A DNA stretch of 64,000 nucleotides. It comes from a bacterium (GTDB taxonomy: Bacteria > Patescibacteriota > Minisyncoccia > Phycocordibacterales > UBA6899). The stretch is from positions 921 to 64,920 of the forward strand of contig JAYUQG010000025.1 of the NCBI GenBank assembly GCA_043756865.1, given 5' to 3'. A program made the translations under genes and the position numbers. A model generated the notes under the pieces. That model ran no database searches, was not told the DNA's origin, and saw only the letters and a list, made by a program, of their open reading frames with translations. Positions 9,599 through 20,641 of this stretch are shown here, piece by piece (within the stretch, counting starts at the first letter, position 1; every line of letters starts with the position of its first letter).

Positions 9599-9859
9599 CT
9601 ACAGTAGCGGTGACTGGGCTGCGGCGGCGATTCGCGCATCATCTTCCTGTGTCTGAATGACGGAAATTTCGCTCTGTGCACGCTCAAGCGCGTCAAGATG
9701 CTCGCGCATGTCCATGTCATCTTCTTCTGATTCTAAGGTCATTCCGGACGCCTGCATCGCATCTCGTCCACGGCGTTTTTCGATTATGGCGTTATTGCGA
9801 TACGCAATTTCTTCCTCAAGCTCCGCACGAGTTTTTGGTTTTTGTTCGGTGGGTTCCAT
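9599..9859 (-). CDS. Small acidic hypothetical protein
   Basis: 86-aa ORF, E/D-rich. No motif. Confidence 0.35.
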   Translation of the reverse strand: MEPTEQKPKTRAELEEEIAYRNNAIIEKRRGRDAMQASGMTLESEEDDMDMREHLDALERAQSEISVIQTQEDDARIAAAAQSPLL

Positions 9860-9900
9860 GCAACAAGTATACCGAGATAGCAGTCGGGGTCAAACAACTA

Positions 9901-10063
9901 AGAGCCTATCCCAATAGGAACTTTCCTGCTACAACATCCGATCTCCGGCAATGCCGCGCAAAACCCATAAAAGCCTTGTCTCGACAAGGCTTCTCGGGAT
10001 TTCGCACGTCCTTACAGCGAAGCTCGTATGTTTCGCGACGGAGGCCCTATTGGGATAGGCTCT
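9901..10063. repeat. 18-bp perfect inverted repeat enclosing 127 nt with an internal 8-bp hairpin: structured ncRNA or MITE-like element candidate
   Basis: agagcctatcccaatagg (9901-9918) is the exact reverse complement of cctattgggataggctct (10046-10063). Inner hairpin aagccttg-tctcga-caaggctt (9971-9992). Lies in the non-coding gap 3' of fusA. Confidence 0.5.
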
Positions 10064-10112
10064 AAGCGCCCCGGTGGAGCGCTTTGCGTGAAGATGACAT
10101 GAGTAGCTACGT

Positions 10113-12260
<2,148 letters not shown>

Positions 12261-12467
12261 AAATAACAGATAACTATTAACTAATCACAAATAAATAAGC
12301 ATTCCTCCGCAGGAAACAAAAATGCCTCAATGGGCAGATATGGCGATACTATATAGAATATTAGCACTTAGGGCAAGCAAAATGCGCTAATCCGTAGACT
12401 ATTTACAAAATTGATTTTTTGTGTAACAATGTGTCCAGAACTTGGCCCCCTGACAAAGGAGATGTAG

Positions 12468-12773
12468 ATGCGTACTCAAACTGGTTTCACACCGTATACC
12501 TTTCATCAAAACCACACCTTCGTACTCGTTCCACCGAATGAATGCGGGGAAACCGAGCTCGGCCAAATGCGCTACGCGCAACTGCGCCATGCGCAGTCCG
12601 AACTGGTCGGCAAAACAGTGCGCATCATCGGTCCGCACATCGTGGGCTGGAATAACTGCGCGGTGGAGCGCGTGGAAGGGCTCGGTGCCACCACGTGTTT
12701 CGTACTCTTCGGCAAGAATGGCGAACGCGTCGAGGTGACCCCCGACATGGAAATCCTCGTGGAGCGCGAGTAA
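12468..12773 (+). CDS. Small hypothetical protein
   Basis: GGAG RBS 5 nt before ATG. TAATG overlap with the next ORF. Confidence 0.45.
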   Translation: MRTQTGFTPYTFHQNHTFVLVPPNECGETELGQMRYAQLRHAQSELVGKTVRIIGPHIVGWNNCAVERVEGLGATTCFVLFGKNGERVEVTPDMEILVERE

Positions 12774-12982
12774 TGCCTGAGGACACACTCTTCCCTGGCG
12801 ACAAGGTCCGCCTTCTGACGAAGCCCGACGGATGTACGTCAAAAGACCTTCCGCTCACGGTTGGAAACACATACACGTTTCGCTACTTCCTCGGAAGCTG
12901 TGTGTGCATCTCCACCGACCAAGAAGGCCTCGACGGACACATCTGGCGCGGTCGTGTCGAGCGAGTGCGCAAGGCTGCGTAA
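12773..12982 (+). CDS. Small hypothetical protein (69 aa)
   Basis: Translationally coupled (TAATG) to the preceding ORF. Sequence MPEDTLFPGDKVRLLTKPDG... Confidence 0.35.
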   Translation: MPEDTLFPGDKVRLLTKPDGCTSKDLPLTVGNTYTFRYFLGSCVCISTDQEGLDGHIWRGRVERVRKAA

Positions 12983-13022
12983 CACCCACCTCAACAACCT
13001 CTCTCCGCTGAAAGGACGCGCA

Positions 13023-13451
13023 ATGAAGACCACAACCATTCGCAGTAATGTCACCACCATCATGTGGCTTGTATTCCTTACGATCCTCGCCATCGCGGTG
13101 CCTCGCACGGGACACGCTGCGGTCGAAATCACCAACGACGGCACCTGTCTGGTTTCCGGCCAAGATGCCTATGGCGCCTACATGCCGCAGGGTCACGCAA
13201 TCAATCCATGTGATGCCAAACGCGCCGAGATGACCTGTGTCGTCTCCGGAATCGACGCGTACGCTCACTACATGAAACACGGGTACGGCGTGAAGCGCTG
13301 CGTTCCCGGAATCGCCCCAACAGCCGAGATGATCCGTCGTGCTACTTGCCCCGAGATGTGGGGCACAGTCACAAACGTCAGCGACCCGCGCTGCAGAGCC
13401 GAGAACGACCGGCGCAACATACGGCACGACCCGCCACCATCACCCGAGTGA
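13023..13451 (+). CDS. Secreted cysteine-rich protein with two ~33-aa tandem repeats
   Basis: Signal peptide MKTTTIRSNVTTIMWLVFLTILAIAVP. Repeats CLVSGQDAYGAYMPQGHAINPCD and CVVSGIDAYAHYMKHGYGVKRCV. Terminator follows. Confidence 0.5.
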   Translation: MKTTTIRSNVTTIMWLVFLTILAIAVPRTGHAAVEITNDGTCLVSGQDAYGAYMPQGHAINPCDAKRAEMTCVVSGIDAYAHYMKHGYGVKRCVPGIAPTAEMIRRATCPEMWGTVTNVSDPRCRAENDRRNIRHDPPPSPE

Positions 13452-13462
13452 AGTCACTCAAA

Positions 13463-13488
13463 ACCCCGCTCACGCGGGGTGTTTTTAT
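13463..13488 (+). terminator. Rho-independent terminator
   Basis: ccccgc-tcac-gcgggg followed by TGTTTTTATT. Confidence 0.6.
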
Positions 13489-13614
13489 TAAGAGCCCATC
13501 AAATATAAAACGGGGCATTGCTCCGCTTCAATTACTAGAAGTTGTACGCAACCCCTTCATCGCTGACTCTTGTTCGTGACTGATAGGGTATTCCAATAGT
13601 CGCGTCACAACACA

Positions 13615-13640
13615 AAAAAAGAGGCAGAAGCCTCTTTGGG
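13615..13640 (-). terminator. Rho-independent terminator for the 13648..14232 gene
   Basis: Minus strand reads agaggc-ttct-gcctct followed by TTTTTTT. Confidence 0.6.
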
Positions 13641-13647
13641 GTGGAGG

Positions 13648-14232
13648 TTAGAACCATCCTGCTTTCGCCCACGCGATGGATTGTGCGCACAGTGATTCGA
13701 GCGAGGTATGCATCGGAAGGAGATGTGGTGCCAGACGCTCGATGTCATAGAGGACGGTGTGCAATTCACCGTTATACTTGCCGTCTGAACCAAATGCGAT
13801 GCGTAGACGTTTGTCGAGCGAGGCACGGCAGAGCCAGTAGCCGATTTCGGTTTGCGTAAATGCGCCGTACACCTTTTCCGGATAGACAATCTTTCCGTGT
13901 GCGGGAAGCCAAAACAATAATCCTCCGGTAAATGCCGCACTTTCTTGTGTCTCAAACTCCCACTCACGCTGACGCGCACACGTGCGATGGATTGCTGACG
14001 GAGGTGGATCTTCGTCGAACGCGCGCTCCATATCTTCCAAGCGCTTTGGGCAGTTGATGCGCAACAGAATTCTCTTTTCGTCCGCGCGCACATAGCGTGC
14101 AAGTATATCGATGGCGTCTTCGTGCCATGGAGGAGCATTACGAATCGGCCCCAACAGAAAAGTGTTATGCGCACCGCCGTTACAGGGTATCACCTTCGGG
14201 TAAACCACCGTTACATATGAGTCTTTGGACAT
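13648..14232 (-). CDS. Hypothetical protein
   Basis: 194-aa ORF with an AGGAGGG RBS 5 nt upstream. No recognised domain. Confidence 0.5.
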   Translation of the reverse strand: MSKDSYVTVVYPKVIPCNGGAHNTFLLGPIRNAPPWHEDAIDILARYVRADEKRILLRINCPKRLEDMERAFDEDPPPSAIHRTCARQREWEFETQESAAFTGGLLFWLPAHGKIVYPEKVYGAFTQTEIGYWLCRASLDKRLRIAFGSDGKYNGELHTVLYDIERLAPHLLPMHTSLESLCAQSIAWAKAGWF

Positions 14233-14309
14233 ACGTCCCTCCTATTAAAAAACAACACTGCCTCGATACTAGCGAAAATGCGTGCCTTAGTCCACATGAG
14301 CTACTCGGG

Positions 14310-14340
14310 GTAATAAAAAAACAGCAACAATTGCTGTTTC
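14310..14340 (-). terminator. Rho-independent terminator
   Basis: Minus strand: cagcaattgttgctg hairpin followed by TTTTTTT. Confidence 0.55.
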
Positions 14341-14345
14341 AGGAT

Positions 14346-14495
14346 CTACTTGGCGCGACGCCAGACAAAGAAAGACGCAATTGCAAGTATGGCGGTAGTG
14401 CTATACGCCGCCCACGGCGGGATATGTCCGTGCACATGCCCCCAGATATTCATAGCCCACAGTATGACGAGACAAAGAAGACCTATTCCGCGCAT
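14346..14495 (-). CDS. Candidate small membrane protein (49 aa, below the ORF-track cutoff)
   Basis: Reverse-strand ORF MRGIGLLCLVILWAMNIWGHVHGHIPPWAAYSTTAILAIASFFVWRRAK. Two hydrophobic segments. AAAGGA 5 nt upstream. Terminator immediately downstream. Confidence 0.25.
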   Translation of the reverse strand: MRGIGLLCLVILWAMNIWGHVHGHIPPWAAYSTTAILAIASFFVWRRAK

Positions 14496-14751
14496 GCATG
14501 TCCTTTCTGTGGACGTTGACTGGACTTACGCTACTCTTCCCAAAAGCAAAGTCAATATGAGCGATTTATACTTACGCTGTTTCCGCACTATATTAGGAAT
14601 AGTACACCGTAAAGAAAAATTGGGCGCACTTCGAGTGCTACAGTTGCACATTGGAGGAACTCATCGCGGAGGCGATTGAACTGTTGGCAGGCAAGGGGTG
14701 GACCAGAAAGTGCGAGTAGTATGAAGTGCCAAGGACGAAGGCGGGGCGATT

Positions 14752-15063
14752 TTAAAATACCCCAAATAGCATCAGGAGCTGAAGAACCCAGATTGGTGAA
14801 GTGATGAGCAGCAACAGCAAAATTCGTTTCCAGACAGTTGCAGGCTTTTTTTCAGTTTGCGCCTCACTATTTGTTTCTATTTTAGCACCCTTATGTCTTG
14901 ATTCTATGATTGCAGACACAATAACAGCAATAAATAACATGACTAAAATCGGGAAAAGAATCACGGCAACCCCAAGCGCATTTTCACCATATAAATAAAT
15001 AACTGAGTAATAAAAAATTATTCCCACAAGAAAGGCTGCAATAAGTTTTATTGTATTCCCCAT
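14752..15063 (-). CDS. Small integral membrane protein
   Basis: 103 aa with three hydrophobic helices. No motif. Confidence 0.45.
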   Translation of the reverse strand: MGNTIKLIAAFLVGIIFYYSVIYLYGENALGVAVILFPILVMLFIAVIVSAIIESRHKGAKIETNSEAQTEKKPATVWKRILLLLLITSPIWVLQLLMLFGVF

Positions 15064-15168
15064 GCGACCATTATAGCAAAAGTTGGCAAGTACGTAACTG
15101 GTAGCTTAAATTGAGCATTTCATCTTGGGGATAAGCATCAGAACTGCGACAAAGCGCGAGGAGGCAAA

Positions 15169-15218
15169 TAAAATCAGGCACATGCTGTACATATGAGTAC
15201 TGCATGTGCCTGATTTTA
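15169..15218 (-). terminator. Rho-independent terminator ending the rpsL-rpsG transcript
   Basis: Minus strand: 15-bp stem aaatcaggcacatgc / gcatgtgcctgattt followed by TTTTATTTG, 40 nt after the rpsG stop. Confidence 0.65.
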
Positions 15219-15256
15219 TGTAGTCGACAATGCGATTTGCGAAAAACAGAAACAAT

Positions 15257-15727
15257 TTACCAAGCGAAGTGAGCGAAGGCTTTGTTGGCCTCAGCCATCT
15301 TGTGCACATTCTCGCGCTTTTTAATTGCCTCACCCTCATTTTTGGATGCAGCGATTATTTCGTCGGCAAGCTTCTTTGCCATTGGTGCTCCCTTCTTTGA
15401 GCGAGCGGCGTCGATGATCCAGCGGAGCGCGAGAAACATACGGCGTTCTGGGCGAACTTCGCGAGGAACCTGATAGTTGGCGCCTCCCACGCGGCGTGAG
15501 CGGATTTCCATGATAGGACCTGCGTTCCTGAGTGCATCCTTGTAGGTTTGCATTGGGTCCTCAGTCTTTAATTGCTTCTTGATTTCTTCAAAGGCGTCGT
15601 AGACAACCTTCTCGGCGATAGTCTTCTTTCCACTCCACATCACGTAGTTGACGAGAGTTGAAACTTCGACTGATTTATACATTGCGTCGGGCTGGCGAAT
15701 GTTTCGATTTTTGACTGGTCTGCGCAT
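15257..15727 (-). CDS. rpsG: 30S ribosomal protein S7
   Basis: MRRPVKNRNIRQPDAMYKSVEVSTLVNYVMWSGKKTIAEKVVY... Canonical S7. Confidence 0.95.
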   Translation of the reverse strand: MRRPVKNRNIRQPDAMYKSVEVSTLVNYVMWSGKKTIAEKVVYDAFEEIKKQLKTEDPMQTYKDALRNAGPIMEIRSRRVGGANYQVPREVRPERRMFLALRWIIDAARSKKGAPMAKKLADEIIAASKNEGEAIKKRENVHKMAEANKAFAHFAW

Positions 15728-15942
15728 AGAATTATTTTTTTACGTCTGGTTTTTCCCGCAAGTCGTCGGTACTCCAGAGCGTTATTTATTTCTGTAATGA
15801 CTTGAGCTAACTAATGTACAAATAACTGTTCAGCCTCGATGCGACATGAGGACTTGATCTGACGTGCTGTTTGGGAAGACCTATTTGTATAGGGCGACCA
15901 AACTCACAAGAGGAAAGTCGAGTAGCGCGCGAGAATGGACGA

Positions 15943-16359
15943 CTATTTTTTGGCTTCTGGGCGCTTGGCGCCGTAGAGAGACCGTCCCTGCCTACGCTTG
16001 TCGACACCGGCAGCGTCGAGGCGTCCACGAACGATATGGTAGCGAAGACCAAGGTCCTTCACACGACCACCACGAACAATGACCACGGAGTGCTCCTGTA
16101 GCTTGTGTCCTTCTCCCGGAATATATGCAGTGATTTCCATACCATTGGTAAGGCGTACGCGTGCAATCTTTCGGATAGCGGAGTTCGGCTTACGAGGTGT
16201 CATGGTAGTGACCTTCGTGCAAACACCGCGCTTAAATGGTGACGAGAAGAAGATGGGGCGATTCTGAATCGTGTTGAAACCACGACCCATGGCGCCTGCC
16301 TTCGACTTTCTCACACTCATTTTTCTGCTCTTTTTTACGAGTTGATTTATTGTAGGCAT
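15943..16359 (-). CDS. rpsL: 30S ribosomal protein S12
   Basis: [13 protein letters not shown]...[28 protein letters not shown]. Start taken at the conserved MPTINQ. The track ORF extends to a GTG at 16380. Confidence 0.95.
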   Translation of the reverse strand: MPTINQLVKKSRKMSVRKSKAGAMGRGFNTIQNRPIFFSSPFKRGVCTKVTTMTPRKPNSAIRKIARVRLTNGMEITAYIPGEGHKLQEHSVVIVRGGRVKDLGLRYHIVRGRLDAAGVDKRRQGRSLYGAKRPEAKK

Positions 16360-16530
16360 AACAATTCTTTTTAATAACACCCGCCCATTTGCTCGCCAGC
16401 CGGAGTCTCATTGGTACAAGACTCACACGATCAAAGAGAAACACTCTACTACATAACTTTATAGAGAGCATTGGGTAGGGGTAATCTATCCTTTATTCGC
16501 CGAAAACGCAATACTGCGCTCAACCTAGCG

Positions 16531-16561
16531 AGGTTGGGGTAAAAAAAGCGAGCCCCAAGGA
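16531..16561 (-). terminator. Rho-independent terminator downstream of the M50 protease gene
   Basis: Minus strand: GCGGGCUCC-UCCUU-GGGGCUCGC (two G-U pairs) followed by UUUUUUU. Confidence 0.5.
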
Positions 16562-16671
16562 GGAGCCCGCAGTGCGACTGCCAAGAACTGAGCGGTTCGG
16601 GTACTAGCCGACACGGTCAATCCCCCGTTTTGCGTGAGACTTCATTATGTATATTTAATTGAATGTGTCAA

Positions 16672-17289
16672 CTATCCTACCAAGAACAACTCAATGAAAG
16701 AGACCAATGGGACAATTAATTGCCAGAGGAAAAACACAAAAAAGAGAAAAAGCACCATGGAATAACGCTCTAAATAGTCTGCAACATAGCGCAAACGCAG
16801 CGGGAGGGCGTTAAAAAGAACTTTTGAGCCATCCAACGGAGGAATGGGGACGAGGTTGAACACTGCAAGGCCTACATTTATATGCACAATGGTGTACATC
16901 AGCCATAACATGTCGCCAGTAAGAAAATCACCTGAAGCGCGAAGGATCATAGCAAAAATGACGGCAATACCGATATTGGTGAGGGGTCCCGCTAAGGCAA
17001 CCTTGGCGTCACCCCACTTTTGGTCCCTCAGGTTGTAGGGATTGTACGGCACAGGCTTTGCCCAGCCAATAACAAAGCCCCCAGCAGTGAGAAAAAACAG
17101 GGATATTGGCACAAGAAATGAGCCAAATGGGTCTAAGTGCTTGATAGGATTTGCGGTAAGACGCCCCGCCAAGCGCGCAGTCGGGTCGCCCAAGTATTGC
17201 GCCATGTACCCGTGTGACACTTCGTGTGCAACGACGGAAAACACGAGCACAGCCAACGAAAACACCATTTGTATAATATCGACTTGCAT
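16672..17289 (-). CDS. Site-2 protease family (M50) intramembrane metalloprotease
   Basis: HEVSHG (HExxH) in a TM helix. Downstream NLVPIPPLDG motif. Polytopic. Confidence 0.8.
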   Translation of the reverse strand: MQVDIIQMVFSLAVLVFSVVAHEVSHGYMAQYLGDPTARLAGRLTANPIKHLDPFGSFLVPISLFFLTAGGFVIGWAKPVPYNPYNLRDQKWGDAKVALAGPLTNIGIAVIFAMILRASGDFLTGDMLWLMYTIVHINVGLAVFNLVPIPPLDGSKVLFNALPLRLRYVADYLERYSMVLFLFFVFFLWQLIVPLVSFIELFLVG

Positions 17290-17334
17290 GTGGAATCCTC
17301 ACATGATAGCATGGCGGTCACTAAAGAAAAACGT

Positions 17335-17556
17335 ATGGCAACTACGAATATATGTAAACTCTGCAATAAAGGATCCCGGATGGCTGGCGGTTATTCGAAT
17401 GAAGTTCGTGCAACCAAATTCAATCCTACGGGAAATAAGCGCAAGTATCCAAATCTACAATGGGTACCACTTCCTCTCGCACTCGGTGGTGGACGAATCA
17501 AGGTTTGCACACGCTGTATGAAGGCAAATAAGCAGCTTGAACTCAAGACTAAATAA
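17335..17556 (+). CDS. rpmB: Probable 50S ribosomal protein L28
   Basis: CKLCNKG...SNEVRATKF...YPNLQWV...CTRCMK matches the L28 CxxC ... TKR ... PNLQ ... CxxC pattern with insertions. Alternative start at 17311. Confidence 0.55.
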   Translation: MATTNICKLCNKGSRMAGGYSNEVRATKFNPTGNKRKYPNLQWVPLPLALGGGRIKVCTRCMKANKQLELKTK

Positions 17557-17589
17557 AAAAACTGCGTAGGCGGTTTTTTTTTACAAAAA

Positions 17590-17621
17590 AAGCCCCGCCG
17601 AAGCGGGGCTTTGCTCATGAA
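17590..17621. terminator. Bidirectional rho-independent terminator
   Basis: gccccgc-cgaa-gcggggc flanked by an A-run (plus) giving UUUUUUU on minus. Serves the rpmB and 17632..18423 genes. Confidence 0.65.
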
Positions 17622-17631
17622 GAGCAGGTTA

Positions 17632-18423
17632 CTACTTGCCGAGGAGTGCCGCCAGTTTTTCGCCGAATGCCGTCGAAGCAGAGGCCGGCACGTTGCGAGG
17701 ATCTTCGATCTCGCGTGCCGCACAGACGATGCCGAGCATGTCGCCGTACTGGCGTGGAGTGCTGTCGGGAGTTTCAACATCAGAGCCCGAGAACAAATCC
17801 TCGAGTACTTGGCTGTCGAGGACTTCGCCGGAGACTTCGGAGAGTGGCTGGTCGTCCATGCTGACAGTATGTTGCATGGGCTTGCCCTTGCTTGCGCCCT
17901 TGAACACGAGGGCGAGATTCGCTTCAGCCTTCTCGACAGTCGGATTGTCATAGAGTTCCATGTAATCCCACACTTCAGCGGCAAGTGCGCCGAAGAGCGA
18001 GCGCAGGGCTTGCTCCGCCTCCACCGTGTCGGCTTGCGCGTTCACGCTGTTGTCGCGCCACCAGAATGTGATGACCGCACGGTACCCCTTCTGAGTCTGA
18101 ATGCGCTCCCAATAAGCATCGACGAGGACGCGGTCCGCGAAGCTTGCCTTGTCGAGGCTGGCCGAGTGGAGGTGTCCCGTGAACTTGTACGGCTCGCCCG
18201 TATCACGGTTGTAGCGGGTGTAGGTGAATTCGAAGCCTTCGCCGGTGTAGCCTTCTGACGCAGCGAAACCGCCGTTGTTGTGGTTGCGACGGAGCCAGCG
18301 GGGGACCTCGTGCAGCTGCACGCGGAAACTCGTGTGGATGATTCCCGAGGAGGGGACGTCACCGCCGAGGTAGTGTTGCATTGCGGGACGGGTGGATGCG
18401 GGAACGAACTTGTTGGCTTGCAT
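17632..18423 (-). CDS. Hypothetical protein in a GC-richer stretch
   Basis: 263-aa ORF with balanced amino-acid composition. A strong terminator follows. The opposite-strand 215-aa ORF is R/A/L-rich and judged a shadow. Confidence 0.45.
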   Translation of the reverse strand: MQANKFVPASTRPAMQHYLGGDVPSSGIIHTSFRVQLHEVPRWLRRNHNNGGFAASEGYTGEGFEFTYTRYNRDTGEPYKFTGHLHSASLDKASFADRVLVDAYWERIQTQKGYRAVITFWWRDNSVNAQADTVEAEQALRSLFGALAAEVWDYMELYDNPTVEKAEANLALVFKGASKGKPMQHTVSMDDQPLSEVSGEVLDSQVLEDLFSGSDVETPDSTPRQYGDMLGIVCAAREIEDPRNVPASASTAFGEKLAALLGK

Positions 18424-18573
18424 GGCAAGATCCTTTCAGTAAAAACGTGTTGACGAAGAACTGACTCTTGGTTGCGCTTAGTAACGCATACTTATTATAT
18501 CAGATATATGTGAAAAAGTCAATTATATTCCTACGCATAAAAATGGCTCAGCATAGCCACGTAGATATATCTT

Positions 18574-19449
18574 CTATTTTCTGATCACCACCGTCCCGTC
18601 ACTTTCAAATACTATCCGTTTCTCCTCATGCGTAATAAGCGTCGTGACTGCTGTTTTTGCAAGGGTATCAATAACTTCTTTGTGCGGATGTCCATAACTA
18701 TTCTCTTTTCCTGCGGAGATAACCGCCACATCGGGCTGTACTGCGGCAAGCCAGTATGGTGAGGTCGATGTACGTGAACCATGATGTCCAATCTTGACTA
18801 CATTGGCGCGCAACTGCTCACCATACACACCCACTAAATATTCTTCGATATGTTTCGGTAGGTCACCAGAGAGGAGAAAAGAAGTTTCGCCATAGCGAAT
18901 GAGAAGCACTATAGATGCACTATTTGTTTCCATGTCTGTCGTATCATGGTCGGGGTACAACACTTCCGCAACTGCCCCTCCACCCAAATCTATCAGCATG
19001 CCTTTCTTTGCTATAAAGTGTGCTGCACCTTCTCGCACAATTGCCGCCTGACTTTCGTCATACACACCATTTGTCGATGTAACCCCCGGTTCAAGTGCGA
19101 CCGCAATTGCGTAACGTTTAAATACTTCAGGGAACCCTCCGATGTGATCCATGTCAGGATGGGACAAAACGACAACATCGATAGAGCGGTCCCAAAAAGG
19201 AAGTTCGTCCGCAAGCGCGCGGAGCGTTGCGCCTGTCGGTGGGCCGGCATCATAGAGTATCTGATTTCCTGTTGGTCCTTGAATGAGGACTGCGTCACCT
19301 TGCCCCACATTGAGAAACGAAACGCGGAGCACGTTTGATTGTGTGTGCATCGCGATACCAAGGAGCAGTACATCGATGAGTGCGAAACAACACACCACCA
19401 CAATCAGGGGGTGACGCCGCAGCCACCTTAGTGTGCCCTGCTTTTTCAT
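18574..19449 (-). CDS. Stand-alone ComEC/Rec2-type metallo-beta-lactamase domain protein
   Basis: N-terminal TM, then LNVGQGDAVLI ... HPDMDH ... IGHHGS, typical of the ComEC C-terminal MBL domain. Confidence 0.8.
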   Translation of the reverse strand: MKKQGTLRWLRRHPLIVVVCCFALIDVLLLGIAMHTQSNVLRVSFLNVGQGDAVLIQGPTGNQILYDAGPPTGATLRALADELPFWDRSIDVVVLSHPDMDHIGGFPEVFKRYAIAVALEPGVTSTNGVYDESQAAIVREGAAHFIAKKGMLIDLGGGAVAEVLYPDHDTTDMETNSASIVLLIRYGETSFLLSGDLPKHIEEYLVGVYGEQLRANVVKIGHHGSRTSTSPYWLAAVQPDVAVISAGKENSYGHPHKEVIDTLAKTAVTTLITHEEKRIVFESDGTVVIRK

Positions 19450-19560
19450 GCACCCAGACTAACACGTGATGGTAAGTAAGGAGGGACTGGACAGAATCTA
19501 AAAATGTGTTAATCTGCGTTTAGTAGCTCATACTCATTCAACTCACAGAAAGGAACTCCC

Positions 19561-20607
19561 GTGGCAGATCACAAGGCGATTACCCTCCTCACTTCCCCCT
19601 CGATGCTCTATCTGGCAGAGCCGATTCATGCCGCACTCCATCAGCTGGGAGTCGACTGCGGAAAACTGCTGACGGTCAAGTACGACCAATTCGCTGATGG
19701 CGAGTTCAAGGCATTCATTCCTGAGTCCATCCGAAACACGCACGTCTATTTCGTGCACTCGTTTTTCCCCGACACCAACAGGGGTATCTGGGAATTGTTT
19801 CAGGTGAATGATGCACTGCGGCGTGCGGATGCCGACTCGTTCAGCGACGTGCTTCCATACTTTGCGTGTGCAAGACAAGACCGCAGAAAGCCGCGTGAGC
19901 CGATTACTGCTGCACTCTTGGCCAGCATCCTTGCTTCACAGGGTGTGCGAAGATTGTTCACCATCGACTTGCATGCCGACCAGATTCAGGGATTTTTCCC
20001 CGGACCGTTCGACAACCTCTTCGGTGAAGATATCTTTCTTCCGTACTTCCTCACCAAGCACTCGAGTGCATCTGATGTCGTTGCAATTGCCGCAGACGTC
20101 GGAGGTGGCAAGCGCGTACGCGCTTTTGCACGAAGGGTTGCAGAAGCCCTCGGAATGACGGAGCCGGTACCATTTGGCATCATCGACAAAGATCGCGTAC
20201 ACGCGAACGAAATCGAAGGGATGGCATACGGAGCAGGGCCGAGTGTGCGAGGTAAGCACGTTTGGATTAGCGAAGACATGATTGACACCGGCGGAACTGC
20301 GCTCAAGGCAGGACGATTGCTCCTCGATCAGGGAGCAGCCTCAGCAACAATCATGGCGACACATCCGGTGTTCAGCCCCAAGCTCGACAAAGTCACAGGG
20401 CTACGTACTGCCGAGGAGAAGTTCGCACGAAGCGGCATTAACGTTGTGGTTGCAAAAACCATTCCGCGTGACGCAGCGTACTACGAAGCACACAAAACGT
20501 GGCTTACTCCTTTAGACATTGATGCGCTCTTTGCAGATGCCATCTACCAATCGACCCTCATTCGTGGAAGCGTGAGCGGTGTCTCGAGAACGAAAAAGAA
20601 AAAATAA
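19561..20607 (+). CDS. prs: Ribose-phosphate pyrophosphokinase (PRPP synthetase)
   Basis: DLHADQIQGFF and ISEDMIDTGGTAL (PRPP-binding) motifs. Length 348 aa. Confidence 0.9.
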   Translation: MADHKAITLLTSPSMLYLAEPIHAALHQLGVDCGKLLTVKYDQFADGEFKAFIPESIRNTHVYFVHSFFPDTNRGIWELFQVNDALRRADADSFSDVLPYFACARQDRRKPREPITAALLASILASQGVRRLFTIDLHADQIQGFFPGPFDNLFGEDIFLPYFLTKHSSASDVVAIAADVGGGKRVRAFARRVAEALGMTEPVPFGIIDKDRVHANEIEGMAYGAGPSVRGKHVWISEDMIDTGGTALKAGRLLLDQGAASATIMATHPVFSPKLDKVTGLRTAEEKFARSGINVVVAKTIPRDAAYYEAHKTWLTPLDIDALFADAIYQSTLIRGSVSGVSRTKKKK

Positions 20608-20641
20608 AAACACCGCCGAACTTTTGTTCGGCGGTTTTACT

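Noticed and set aside
12399-12842. 147-aa minus-strand ORF overlapping the small plus-strand genes
   Set aside because: His/Arg-rich nonsense composition. The plus frames have an RBS and translational coupling.
12855-13427. 190-aa minus-strand ORF overlapping the secreted Cys-rich protein gene
   Set aside because: The plus frame has a signal peptide, internal repeats and a terminator. The minus frame has no features.
16380-16671. Possible tRNA in the protease-rpsL intergenic region (ggttcggg segment)
   Set aside because: No cloverleaf could be built: no acceptor stem, no GTTCRANYC T-loop context. No tRNA-like T-loop or acceptor-stem motifs were spotted in my reading of the window; no formal tRNA scan was run.
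17611-18258. 215-aa plus-strand ORF overlapping the 17632..18423 minus gene
   Set aside because: Its R/A/L/E/V-rich composition is typical of antisense frames in GC-rich DNA. The minus ORF is longer and ends at a strong terminator.
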